DNA from: Mytilus edulis
Lineage: Eukaryota
Direction of reading: 5' to 3'
DNA length: 64,000 nt
Assembly (NCBI RefSeq): GCF_963676685.1
Contig: NC_092346.1
Span: 60,140,001 to 60,204,000, forward strand
In this document: one piece after another, positions 11,880 to 24,731 of the stretch
How the letters are laid out: every line of letters starts with the position of its first letter
Numbering within the stretch: position 1 is the first letter of the stretch
Translations under genes and position numbers: made by a program
The notes under the pieces: generated by a model
Told to the model about the DNA's origin: nothing
Databases searched by the model: none
Seen by the model: the letters and a program-made list of their open reading frames with translations, nothing else

Positions 11880-14800
11880 TATACTTTATGTTCGGTTGAG
11901 GAACGAACGACAACATAGCAGCACTTATTTAATTCCCTTTTCCCCTCTGTTATCTGCGATTTGTTAATACTGATCTTCATCTGTGTTTTTCAGTGTTCAG
12001 ATAAATGATGATAAAAACCTACCAAAGTGTTCCACTCAATCTCATTTCAGGAACCCACTCGCGCTTAAAATGTCGTTAAAGGATCTTTTTTTATTTGAAA
12101 TGGCCTCACAATGACTTCTAGATACGGAACAGAAATAGTAGCGCTATTCAATTTCTTTTGGTTTTCCATGTCCGTGTAAAATGTTGTACCATAAACTGAT
12201 TCACAGTATTCCTTCTTGATCAAATCATTTGGTTTATTATATATTCAACTCCTACCACCGTCATTTGATACATATATGTTATGGTGTAAAGCAATCTGGT
12301 TGAGTCAAGAGTACCGGTTTTTTCTGGATAAGTATTACTGTCTTGGACTTGCAAATTGAGCTTATCTCTAACCTGATTATCATTTGTAGATATTTTAAAT
12401 CTTTAAAGCGGAGGATAAAATAAAAGTATGGACCGAACTCGTTCCTCTGTTATAGATCTCACTATTTTATTAAATCTTACATTATGCAATTGCATGAGCA
12501 ATTTATAATTTAAATATGCGCATCATAAAAACTTGTTGTTTGTTGACATGCATATCGAATTAAAAGAATACATTATCAATATGAAACACCCATTTAATAG
12601 ATCTATGATTCTGAGTGCTTGCTTTTTTCAGTCCCATTTCTTTTTAACAAAATTTGATTTGTCTTGTATAACCAGAATATTATTTTGTTTGTTAATTTGT
12701 TGAAAAATCCTTTGGTTTATTATTTTGTGTATTCTGTTCTTTTGTCGGATCAACGTATTATTTGTAGGAAAATCGATCTTAGAATGCTGTTGTGAAACAT
12801 GTTGGGCCCATACTATTGTTTCATCCTCCGCTTTAGATTGAAAATGTCTATAAATGATAGAGATTAGCTGAATTTGCAATGTCAAGGGCGAAACTCTTAT
12901 CTAGAATTTCAAGATACTCCTGACTCAATCAATATTCCTTAGCTTTCTACCGCAAAACAAACAATATGACAAAGAAGAGCTACTTATTAAGTATTCTTTT
13001 AGGACACAAATTCACACATGGTATGAAAAACAAAAGCAATGGAATATCGCTTCTATTTCTCTTCAGTCATAGAATTCAGCTTGGAAAAGATCCCTCTCTC
13101 AACATTTTATGTTCAAGTTGGTTCCTACTGTCAGATTGTGTGGATCTACTTGCAAGGTTTTGGTCATACTCTATTGGAAAACACAGATGCAGGGCAGTAT
13201 TGAAAAATCAAAGACAACAGAATGTATAAGGTAATAAGATAAATACTGTTATCATGGCAAACAACGTGAAAACCATAGAGCAGTTCAAGACATGTGTTGT
13301 TTACCTCGTTAGTAAATTACGTATTAAGTTTACAAATAATTTAGATACTTATAATCAATGTTATGATATTCAGACTGTATCAACATACCATTTAAACTAT
13401 TCAAATTTACGATAACTTAAACAATAGCTTATTCATTTAGCTTTTAAAAATGTAAATATAAATCGGAAATAGCTAACGATATTATGACACTTTTCTTTGA
13501 TACCCATTAGAACAGTTTGCATAATAAGACAGAAACAATCACTTCAAGCTTGAACATACTCAAATATACTGTAAGTTCTGTAAGTACTTAGGGTATCCCT
13601 TTACCACACGAATAATGATTAAACCCCTTTGCTATGCATGTTCCATCGTTAAACTTTTCAAAATAAGGAGATGTGGTATGAATGCAAATGAGACGACTAA
13701 TCATCAAAATTCAAATAAAAGAGGGGCGAAAGTTACCAGAGGGACAGTCAAACAGATATAAGTTATAATATGCAACTGTACTGCCTTCAACAATGAGAAA
13801 ACCCCTATCGTTTAGTCGGTTATAAAAGGTTCCAACATGAAAAATATCAAACACTTAAATTGAGAAAACTAACGGCCTAATTAAAAACAAAACAAGTTAC
13901 GAAAAATAAATACTTGTATGACAGACATGAACCAACGACAACTACTCAACTGCAAATGATATAATAAAAAAAAAACCAAGAAACGTCTTCCAACATCCCA
14001 ACATATCGGTCTCTTGATATTTAACTCGACCTGAACTTTAAGGGTTCAGGGGAGTCGGAACCGGGATAAAATATGCTTGTGTTCTTAACTATAATAAAAA
14101 GTAATCGCATATTTTAATAACAGTTGAATAGTTAATTTTAAGAAATCAACATTTGACTGAAAAAAGGGAAATTAAAAGCACTATATTTTAAACATGCCAT
14201 TATGTATTAGGAAATGCCTATTCACTTTTACCAGATACTAGTAAGTAAGTTCAACAACATTAAGATGGAAGGCTAAAATCAATAGAATAGCACTACTATT
14301 GTCAAATTCGGCAATTTATACTTAGAAAAATATCCATCTGTACGACATTTGTAGTACAAGTTCAAGTTGGTTCCTACTACCACAGTGAGCGGATCTTTTT
14401 GCTAGGTTTTGATCATGCTTAATATGTGCAATTAAAAAGGAATACGCTGGGCCTGATTAACAAATCAAAGACTACACTGAGAGGTTATAACGAAATAAAA
14501 AAGATGTTGTTGTTATTTTCCTGAACAATGACATTGTTACAATGCAAATAACGAGGCCACCGTGGAGCAGTTCAAGACACGTGTTGGTTACCTAACTAGA
14601 ACATTATGTAATTAGTGTACAAATAATTCAGATATATACTCATAATCGATGTTATATAATCTAAACTGTATCAACATGTTATGAAAACTATTCAATTTCA
14701 CAATCACTAAAACAACAGCACGTCTATTATCTATTAAAAAGTCAAACACAAATTGGAAATAGCTAACGATATAATAACAGTTTTTCAAAAATATATGCAA

Positions 14801-15131
14801 GTGCTAAACAAATTAACATTAAATTGCACTACTTCATCGCCCATTAAAATGGTTTGTCATAAATACATGTAAGTGTTAAACAAATTACAATCAAATGAAC
14901 CCATTAAGTTTAATATGTAAAATAAACACACCCTATACATATTAAGTACTAGACTAATAATAAGACAGTTGAATGCCGATTTTACCATTTTTGATATGAT
15001 CTCTAAGATGCGTTCTCTAGAGTACATTTTATTGCCGCATAAAAGGGAACTTTAGAAATAAACCAACTCATTCATTGCTTTATTCCAATGTATGTTAAAA
15101 TCTGAATTTCAAGCAATCATTACTATTTTGC

Positions 15132-15438
15132 AATAATTCAATTTTGGATGTAACGCGTCTTCTGATTGGCTGACGTTATTTTGTTATCAGCCCATAGACA
15201 TAATTTAGTCATGTGACCATGACGTCATCAACGTTTTTTCATGGTTTTCTACGGTTTTAAATTGAATTTAGAATTAAATTATAAGAAATGACTGTAATAT
15301 GTTTCTGTCTATTCGAAATAACATAAAAAAATGTGGTGCACACTGTTAAATAACCCGCTACGCGCGTTATTCAGTGTGCACCAAATTTTTTATGTTATTT
15401 CTTCATAGACAGAAAAAAATATTACAGTCATTGCTTAA
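15132..15438. mobile_element. ~300-bp insertion with a ~160-bp terminal foldback hairpin
   Basis: Absent from the paralogous module copy near 19275-19290. Inverted arms at 15281-15356 and 15364-15439 surround the apex GCTACGC. Confidence 0.6.
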
Positions 15439-15600
15439 TTAGTTACAAAAAAGTCATTCCATGTTAAAACTATACATTATCCTAATATGTGTAGAACAAT
15501 GCTACATACTTCAAAATTTATATATGTTTTTCTATATTTCCCCAAAACAGATACATCTGAAAGGAAAAGCAGTCAAAATATACCCATTTATTTCAATTTA

Positions 15601-16594
15601 AGGACCGGTCAAAATTTATTGTCACATAGGACCAGTGCAAAAAATAAAAACATTTAATAAAAGTTACAACCCTATGGCTTTCTGACTGAAAAAAATGATG
15701 CCTTATGCCAACTTAGTAATGAAAAAATTGGTGTCCTATCCTACTTTTCCAATGTATTGTAAATAAAAGTATACTTAATAGAGGCATTTAACATATGTTG
15801 TCTTTATAATATGATCAAAAGCAACAGTTTAATGTTTTATTTTGTTGATTCACATACAATTACAGGCATGGCATTATCATAAATTATACTATGAATATAG
15901 CATTGAAAAAACAAGGACATTGTATAACGCAATCAAACCACAAATAGGTGTTTGTTAAACTGAAAAATTAATGAAGATGCATGTATCTTATATAGAATTT
16001 TATTAAATACCTTTAAATATTAATTATAAAAACAATCTCCAGGAGAAACATGAAACTCAAATCATTTGGTTTAACTCTCTCTATATATTTGAACCTGAAG
16101 ACCCATAGGTTGCCTTGGAATGTGTTTTTTTATTAGGAATGGTAATAATTGCTTTAACATTTTCCCATTTACAGAAAATGTACCTGATGTGACCCCCGAA
16201 TGATTTTTGCTACTTTGTTGGTTGATGTAATGTACATGATGTATGTTTATGATTTTATGAAGTTAAAAATGCATAACTTTATTAACATTATTTTTTTAAT
16301 TCAATTTATTAAAACATTACTGTTTACATGTACATAGTCCAATTATGTTAATAATTCCAATTTTATTAGATAGTTATATCTTCTTTTACATTTATATGTT
16401 ATAGACTGTTATTTCAAGTTTTGTTATAATGTTAATAAAAATTATTTCAAAGTAATCGTTTGAAAAAAAACTTGTGTCGTATGGATATTATCTGTGAAAA
16501 AGTGATGTCCCAACAAAAGCGATTCAGTTAAAAGGTACCTGTTCTACTGCACTTTGCACCGGTCCTATGTGTAGATAAATTTTGACCGCTCCCT
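15601..16594. mobile_element. ~1-kb non-autonomous TIR DNA transposon with TA (or TTA) target duplication
   Basis: ~40-bp imperfect TIRs: AGGACCGGTCAAAATTTATTGTCACATAGGACCAGTGCAAA and TTTGCACCGGTCCTATGTGTAGATAAATTTTGACCGCTCCCT. The empty site TTTCAATTTAGTAT is visible in the paralogous module at ~19464-19477. Confidence 0.8.
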
Positions 16595-17169
16595 TAGTAT
16601 ATTTGTTTTATTAAGTTAAACTTTCAACAAGGTGTCTCGGGTGATTTAAAGTCGTTAATCTTTCATTTGATAGCACACCTACCCACATCTTTTATTTATT
16701 TACAACATTTTAGATATTCTTTGGAACTATTGTGTTAAAAAGTTAAATAAAATATACCGAACTCCGAGGAAGATTCTAAACGAAAAATACCTAAGCAAAT
16801 TGCAAAATTCAAATCTCAAATACATCAACTGAATTGATACAACTGACAACAGACGTTGCCTCGTGGCCATTACAACTATCCTTGGACATTATTTATACCT
16901 CAGGAACGTAAAAGTAAAATCACAAAAATATTGAACTCCGAGGAAAATTCAAAACGAAAAGTCCTACGAAAAAACCTTCCCGTACACTCAAAACTTCGAT
17001 CTGACACTGTGTTGTGTGCAACAAAACGTGCAAAAAGAGATTAAGAAGATGGCGATTCTTCGGTGACAACTCTTGTTACCATCTCTAATAAAAAATAACA
17101 TTTAACAATTTGTATTATTATACCTTACATATATTTTAAACAATTCTTTTGGGTAAAACGTTATCACGT

Positions 17170-17776
17170 GACATGGAATAATTCAGTTGTTTTTCATTCA
17201 ATTGCAAGGAAGGGTGAATAACCCTAAAAATTTCCACCAGCGGTGAATAACCCTATTATTCACCGGCGAATAACCTTTTGAGTTTGTTGATTTGTACTTG
17301 AGTTATCTCCCATGAAAATGACGTCACGGATGTAAATAAACAAAATGGCAGCGTTATCGTTACACTGGAAGCCCACCGAGAGACGAGGATTTAAGGCATT
17401 GGACATGAATAGAGTGCTAACAGCTGATGATATCTCTTATGAAGTAAAGGTCTTTTTCAAGGCCATCAATATTTTACAAAAAGATTCTACCTTTGTTGTA
17501 CATTCCAGAAATTCTAGAACACAAATGTATGTTCAAACGTCAGTTTGTCTTTGTTATTGTTATGTAAAGATTATAGAAAGTGTTCGAAAGGCCTTTCCAC
17601 TGTTAGTTCGGTATAATAAAACAATTGTGGCCCCGTAGAATCGATGAATATCCAAAGTTGTCAACCCTTAAAAGTTATTTCACTTCGGGCTGCGCCCTCA
17701 TTGAAATAACCTTGTATAATAACGTGTTGACAATTTTGGAAATTCACCTTTTCAACGGGCCATAATTGTATAATAA
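17170..17776. repeat. Putative non-autonomous element with a long foldback hairpin (17621-17769)
   Basis: ACAATTGTGGCCC...GGGCCATAATTGT arms with apex GGGC-TGC-GCCC. Architecture resembles 15132-15438. The left boundary is approximate. Confidence 0.45.
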
Positions 17777-18360
17777 TTAGATTACCATTATCATTGATAG
17801 AAACATAAAATAATGACAACTTTAACCGTAAAGGGGAACAGGTTATACCAATACTTATAGATTATTGAGTTGAGATGACCAATGATAATCTGTTTATCGC
17901 TATCTTACCTACGACGATGTCAATTTCATGTCAATTTCCGTAGCAACGCCACGTGCCCCCTAAGTTTCTAGCGATAAGTTTCCATCTCAACCGAGTGGCC
18001 TGATACGAAAAAATATCACAAAAACAAAAAATCAAAGGAAAATGTACAAAATAGCGATTTTTTTTTATCTCCGTTTTAATGATTTAAAATGTCTATAAAT
18101 GATCATCAGTTTAGAGATAAGCTTAATTTGCAAGCTCAAGGCTGTAACACTTACTTAGTATCTAGCAATTAAAGAGATTCATGAATCAATCATGAGTGCC
18201 TCATACCGTAACTGTGGTGGGAGATGGAACATATAAATTATAATCCTGGTACATTTGATAACTAATAACAAACCAAACGAAATGACAAAAGAGGAATACT
18301 ATCCTCAATGCTCTGCAACTTCGTACTTTATTTAGCCTTTTAAACATTTTTTTAATTCAA

Positions 18361-18405
18361 GCGTCACTGATGAGTCTTTTGAAGACGAAACGCGCGTCTG
18401 GGGTT
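18361..18405 (+). ncRNA. Type I hammerhead ribozyme motif in a retrozyme-like repeat (intact core)
   Basis: GCGTCA-CTGATGA-GTCTTTTGAAGAC-GAAA-CGCGC-GTC-TGGGGT: conserved CUGAUGA/GAAA core, stem II, and GUC cleavage triplet. Confidence 0.8.
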
Positions 18406-19680
18406 AATATAAAATTTTAATCCTGGTATCTATGATGAGTTTATATGCATAAATTTATTGCACAAAATCAATACATGAACATGAAAACTTTTAAAGCAAT
18501 GGAAAAGCACTACTGTTTCTGCTTCTGATCTTAAAGTTCTAGTTCGGCCATTCTTACTCGAAAAAGATCCCTCTGTACGACATTTTAAGTTCAAGTTTGT
18601 TCATTCTACCCCAATCACATTGAGAGGAACTTTGCTAGGTTTTGATCATGTTTTTTCTGTGCATTCCAAAAACATAGACGAAGGGCGTTATTTTCATATC
18701 AAAGACTACAGGGTATAAGAGAATAGAATAAATACTGTTATTATTTTCCTCAACAATGACATTGTTACAACGCAAACAACACGACAACCATACAGCAGTT
18801 CAAGACACGTGCTGGTTACATTTCAAGAAAATTAGGTCTTAAGTGTACAAATAATTTAGATCCTTATAATCAATGTAATGTTATCTAAACTGTATCAACA
18901 CACCATTTAAACTATTCAAGTTCACAATCACTTGAACAATACTATGTCAATTATCTATCAAAAAGGTAAATATAAATCGGAAATAGATAACGATATTATA
19001 ACAGTTTTCATTGATACGCATTAGAACAGTTTGTCATGAAGTATCAATTAAATTAACAACAAAGTTCACTGCTTTAACTCCTATAAGGTTCAATGTGTAA
19101 AACACCATATACGTATCTAGTAATTGTCTAATAATATCATAGTAAAATGTCGATTTTACATTTTTATCAGTTCTCTAAAGTACATGTTATTGCAGCATAA
19201 AAGGGGAACTTTAAAAATAAACCCACTTGTTCGTTGCTCTATTCCTATTGTATGTTACATTCAAGCATTCATAACTATTATGCTTAAGTTAATAAAAAAA
19301 AAAGTGACAGTCATTTCTTTTAACAGAATAACTCATCCTAATTTGTGCAGAAAAATGAAAAACTTTATAATATATTTTCGTTGGTTTTTTTTTTTTTTTT
19401 TTTGCTATTTCCTTAAAACAAATACTTCTGAAATAAAATAAACAGACAAAATATGCCCTCCTATTTCAATTTAGTATTTATTTCATCTTTTATTTGAGCT
19501 TTCAACAAGGTATCTGTGGTGATTTACAGTCGTTAATCTTTCATTTAATATCAAAACTACTCGCATATTTTAGAAGCCAATACCGAATGAAAAAAACAAT
19601 TTTTTATTATTGAGATTTGGTGTTTCAAAATCTTTGAAATTATCTAATTAGTTAGCAAAGGTACCATGATTATAATTTAG

Positions 19681-19725
19681 TACGCCAGACACGAGTGTCG
19701 TCTACATAAGACTCATCGGTGACGC
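19681..19725 (-). ncRNA. Degenerate hammerhead motif (core mutated)
   Basis: The reverse complement has CCGATGA and GACA in place of CTGATGA and GAAA. Flanks match the 356-bp retrozyme-like repeat. Confidence 0.6.
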
Positions 19726-20900
19726 TCATATCAAAATAGTTATAAAGCCAAACAAGAACAAAGTTGAAGAGCATTGAGGGTCCAAAATTCCAAAATGTTG
19801 TGCCAAATAATGTTTCTCCCTAATGCAAAGCTCTGATTACTTGTCCGGGTTTTGCAATACGTGTTTGTCCTTTTTGGTTTATAGCTCTTTGTCCTTTTGT
19901 CAAGCTTTGGACTTTCAAATATTTTGCTTCGAGAAACACTGAAGAGACATTGCTCATCTAGTGCAGAAAATGGTACAGTTTATTTAATTACTTATTTTCA
20001 ACATTTTATACATTTTTTGAAATTATTTTGTTTTAAAAAATGAATTAACAAAAATCCAAACTCCGCGGAAGATAAATGGAAAGTCCCTACTACAAATGGC
20101 AAAATAAAAAAAATAAAAAAATATTTTACTTTTTTGATGACAAAAAGCTGTTCTTTTGCTTATTGTTTGTACCCAATATCCTTTCTTTTTATTTAAACTA
20201 GTATTCCAAAAAAAGATATTTTCTCTCGAGCTAAGTCATTAAAACATTCCTCGTGTTTGAGATGTGTGATCCCATTTTTTTAGACAATAAATATTTGAGA
20301 TTACTTCTTTATATACGGTAGTTAATCAAATGCTTTAAGTCAATTTGTCTATTGAAATGGCTATGCAGTCTTCCCGACTAATCTGGTCGATTCACACGTA
20401 ACTGCCTTAAAAAAATCTCACGTCGCTCTGCTTACCCTCCCGGAGCACCTGAGATCACTCCTAGTTTTTTGTGCGGTTCGTATTACTTAGTCTCTAGTTT
20501 TCTATGTTGTGTCTTGAGTACTATTATTTGTCTCTTTTTTTAAGCCATGGCGTTGTCAGTTTATTTTCGATCTATCAGTTTGATTGTTCACTGGTATCTA
20601 TCACCCCTCTTTTATTCGGGAGCTTTAAATGGAGTATGGTCGCATATTTCAGGTCATTGTTTTCCGTCATTGACTAGGATTATTAGCCTTTTGTTCGATA
20701 ATGCAATTTTGTGTTTCTTTGTTGAACAGTTATTTGTTTTTTGGTGATTAAGATTATAACGCAATATTTACTGCTTTACACACATTTTCTACTGTGTCTG
20801 TTTGTTTAACTCACTTATTGTTGTCAATATAATAGAATTATATGCTATAAAACCATGTTAAGTAAACTCATCATAGATACCTGGATTAAAATTTTATATT

Positions 20901-20945
20901 TACGCTAGACGCGCGTTTCGTCTACAAAAGACGAATCAGTGACGC
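20901..20945 (-). ncRNA. Degenerate hammerhead motif (core mutated)
   Basis: Reverse complement GCGTCA-CTGATTC-GTCTTTTGTAGAC-GAAA-CGCGCGTC-TAGCGT. Confidence 0.6.
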
Positions 20946-22342
20946 TTGAATCAATAAATATTTAAAAGTCCAAATAAAGTACGAAGTTGAAGAGCATTCC
21001 ATCTTTTTTTCTACACAAGTAAATACCTGTACCAAGTCAGAAATATAACAAATGTTTTCAATTCGCTAAATGTGTTTGCACTTTTGATTTTGCCATTTAA
21101 AAAAAAGACTTTCCGGTTTGGAGTTCGGGTTTTTTTGTATAATATTATTTTTACTCTGTTACGCTTTATAATGATGGTCCCTGTTGTTGTCTTAAAGTTT
21201 GCAGTGAGTCTGCTTTTTAAAGGAAGAGGCAACTTTTGATACTATTTGTGTTTGTTACTGTAATTTATTTATTAGCCATTTTGTTTCCCTTTGTTAACAT
21301 ATTTGTAAGTTTGTACAGTGATTAAGATTATGATACAATTTTGACTGCTGTAACCCTATTTTTGACACTTTTACCAATTATGTCTGTTTGGTTTGTTCTC
21401 ACATTTTTGTCAATATTATTGATGTCTATGCGACTGTCATAAAAGTAAGAGGTTTACCTAGAGGTTCATAAATTTAAAAGAAAGGTAGCTCGGAATTTCT
21501 TAATAGTCAGGCGTTAGCATCATCAGACAAACACAACCACTTAGATCGCGTATATACTTATATTATCAATTATGTTAGTACTAACAGGTCCCTTAAACGA
21601 ATGACAAAACCCTGTCGCCATTCAGTTTCGACCGCTATACTTTTTACATGAAAATAAAGAGATGTGGTTTCCAATGATACAACTATTCACCAAAATTCCC
21701 ATGAAGTCGATGCAAGAAAAACAGGCAATTAAACGGCCTTCAACAAGGAGAAAGAATCATTCAAAATAGTAGACCCCGACATGAAAATATGAAACAATTA
21801 AATTTAGAAAATTTAACGGCCTAAATTAAAACGAAACAATTTGCGAGAAACATATTTGACAGACATAATCAAACGACAACAACTGAACTACAGACTCCTG
21901 ACGTGGCTAACATGTACATAAAATGATTGGTCGAACCTGTTTGTAAGCGCTCAAACCCAACCCTAACATGGGACACTGTTGCAACAGCACAATATAAGAA
22001 ATTAAAAAATATCAACTGATTATTAAAAACGTATATGATATAGGAACGTCACATCGTATGTCACAATTACTATCTAATGAATAATTTTCATTCATAAAAA
22101 TTACTTTGGTTTCTTCATATATTTCCATCAAATCAGGGAATAAACAAATATAGAAACTGTAATTATTTTATTACATTTTTTATTTAAAATGTGTGTCATA
22201 TAATTTAAGAATTTAAAACAAAGAAGTCACACATCTAGTTATTTATATAACTCATATAAATATCCCATTGGATAGAACAGAAGAATAGAATTAACATATT
22301 GAATCAATAAGCATATAAAATACATTCTTAATCTTTTCTCGA

Positions 22343-23548
22343 TTATTTTGATACAAGGATGGCTATGATTGTGGTAGTTACAATCAGATTCAGTGCAAAG
22401 GAAAACCAAAACAGAACAAAATCTAAGAGAGAAGTAACATCAATCCAGTTTATATCCTCTTCCGACATCCGTTCCTTGTCAAAAGGTTCGACTTCATTTC
22501 TGTTTTCATTGCAATTCCCCGATTTACACACATCAACGCCTTTAAACTTGCAATGACATTTAACCATTTGTCTGATGATATTTGGGACAGGGCTTTTCTT
22601 GTGATGAAGTCTCAGTTCTACGGCAGTTGCACATACTACAAATATACCCATTCCTAGCTGAAAAATCAGATAGTATCCTAACATTGAACCAGATGTTTTC
22701 GGTAGCTCTGAACTCACAATTGTCAGGAAAACAGTAAACGCTAAAAATACGGTTATAGAATATCCCATCTTTTCACCACTGTCTGCCGGAAGTACAAATG
22801 TGAAAAAGTTCAGAATACCAAGGAGAATAACAGGAACGATAATGTTTGTGACATAGAATCCAGCGTTTCGTTGGAGATTTAATGTAAATGTAACTTTTGG
22901 TACCGAATCTGAAGACAATTGAGATGCTGAAGTCGATATAATTGTCCACTCGGCATTGTCATCAGCATAATCCTGTAAAACAACACCTTTGCTTCCTAAT
23001 TTTACTTCAATCGAGAGATCTTTAGTTGACCATGCCACAAATATAAGATTACATGCTTGTCTGTCAAAAGGAAAATATGTTATGTCTATTTCACATTTAC
23101 TTTCAAATACTTCAAATGGATACCAAGACACATGTCCGGTACTCTGAACGTCAACATATATTACTGAGCTTCCAAGTTCTGTCAGTTTGGTGAATCCGTT
23201 TTTCAAAGTAAGGTCTGGTTTCCACACATCATCCTGAGGTACTTTAATGTAATCTGCATTACCGTAGAACATTGGTATCCATGTCAAGTATTGGTCCAAC
23301 CAGTGAACAGACAAATAAGCCGTCGTTGCAAGCTTTTGGGACAGTTCATCTATTCCGTTTATTCCAATAACGTGCAAGTCTATGGTTACCAACGTAGAAA
23401 AAGTCTGGTCGATACTCGGACGCACCACCTTCATATATTTCTGGGTTTCAAATAAAGTTTCATATAAACTTGCGATGTCAGTACCAAGTGTTGTTGCTGC
23501 AATAATGCGCGGAAAGTGAATGCATATTACAAAAATAAAGTAAAACAT
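22343..23548 (-). CDS. Atypical nAChR-like Cys-loop subunit, paralog 2 (intronless, ~401 aa)
   Basis: First ATG at 23548 (MFYFIFVICIHF signal peptide), VWKPDL, Cys-loop CEIDITYFPFDRQAC, GEK-M2, four TM segments, stop at 22343-22345. Confidence 0.95.
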   Translation of the reverse strand: MFYFIFVICIHFPRIIAATTLGTDIASLYETLFETQKYMKVVRPSIDQTFSTLVTIDLHVIGINGIDELSQKLATTAYLSVHWLDQYLTWIPMFYGNADYIKVPQDDVWKPDLTLKNGFTKLTELGSSVIYVDVQSTGHVSWYPFEVFESKCEIDITYFPFDRQACNLIFVAWSTKDLSIEVKLGSKGVVLQDYADDNAEWTIISTSASQLSSDSVPKVTFTLNLQRNAGFYVTNIIVPVILLGILNFFTFVLPADSGEKMGYSITVFLAFTVFLTIVSSELPKTSGSMLGYYLIFQLGMGIFVVCATAVELRLHHKKSPVPNIIRQMVKCHCKFKGVDVCKSGNCNENRNEVEPFDKERMSEEDINWIDVTSLLDFVLFWFSFALNLIVTTTIIAILVSK

Positions 23549-23855
23549 TTTCAGCAAACTCAAACTGATCTTTTTGTTCAATGTGTATGTTAACGATTCT
23601 ATATAAGAGTAAGTAAAGAGTACCAAGAAAGTGTGTTTTAAACCTACAAAATATGATCAATGACCAAACCACTTAAATAAAGCAATTTGATTCGTTCTCC
23701 AATATTACATTTCATATCGTTAATCAATATTTTATGTTATAATATAGTATCAAATAGTTCATATACTCTGATGATATGCTTCTCGGGAAATTTTTCTCAT
23801 GAAAAGAGTTACCTTTACGTAATTAGTTAACTAAGGTACCAGGCTTATAGTTTAT

Positions 23856-23900
23856 TACGCCAGACGCGTGTTTCGTCTACATAAGACTCATCAGTGACGC
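23856..23900 (-). ncRNA. Type I hammerhead ribozyme motif (intact core) in a retrozyme-like fragment (~23833-24095)
   Basis: Reverse complement GCGTCA-CTGATGA-GTCTTATGTAGAC-GAAA-CACGC-GTC-TGGCGT. Confidence 0.8.
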
Positions 23901-24731
23901 TCGGATCAAAATAGTTAGAAAGCCAAACAAGTATAAAGTTTAAACGCATTGAGGACCCAAAATTCAAAAATGTTTTACCAAATACGGCTACGGTAATCTA
24001 TGCCTGGGATAAGAAAATCCTTGGAATAATTCATATTTTTGTAAACAGTTTACTTATAAAAATGACCATACAATTGATGTGCATGTCAACAAAATTATAA
24101 TAGCTAACAAAGATGAGGGTAAGCACCTTTATGGAAGAGAACAAATATATAGATGATAGCAAAGTATGTCTTTGATAGTTCTTTGTTGGTTGAGCTTACT
24201 TGACTGGGATTCTATTATATCTACACATTGAATGTCCCTTTTTTTTAAATCTTATAAGTTTTGTGTTAATTTTTGAGTAAGGACAATACCTATATCAAAT
24301 TCGAATATTAATGAATGGTTTCAAATTTACAAAGAATTTTGGTCAAGTTATAGTGAACACTGAACAAAATAGTAGTTTAAGCAGGATGTACGTAATACTA
24401 GACGAGAATGTATCTATCTGTTTACGAAATAGCGCTTTATTTATGACCATTTGGCTTTTTGTGTAAATAAAACAAATCATAGTACGTTTACATGGATTAA
24501 TTGGCGCTGTTTTAATTTATTCAATTTTGTAAATCAGAACAACAAGAATGGAACAATAAACTTTTATCATTTATTCCATCAGGTCTTTACGTCGAAATAA
24601 AACATGATTTTTGTTCATCCGATAAATTCCTGTTATCCAGCGCTTTAAATATTTATCAGCTGACATTTAAAGGATCGGATTATAGATGCATATGCTTAGA
24701 AAATTAAAAGCAACACGTTTAATAATTTCTT

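Larger units (their letters stand above)
12830..19570 (+). repeat. Locally duplicated ~0.7-1.5 kb non-coding module: three direct copies (~12830-13520, ~14325-16860 interrupted, ~18070-19570) plus an inverted copy at ~10377-10862
   Basis: Shared blocks such as CAGTTCAAGACA(C/T)GTG near 13281, 14567 and 18796, AAACTATTCAA, and AAAT(C/T)GGAAATAG(C/A)TAACGATAT. The reverse complement CACGTGTCTTGAGCTG is near 10769. Confidence 0.75.

Noticed and set aside
23549-23626. 26-aa N-terminal extension of the 427-aa ORF
   Set aside because: Starts at a non-ATG codon. The first ATG (23548) begins a signal peptide comparable to the paralogs.
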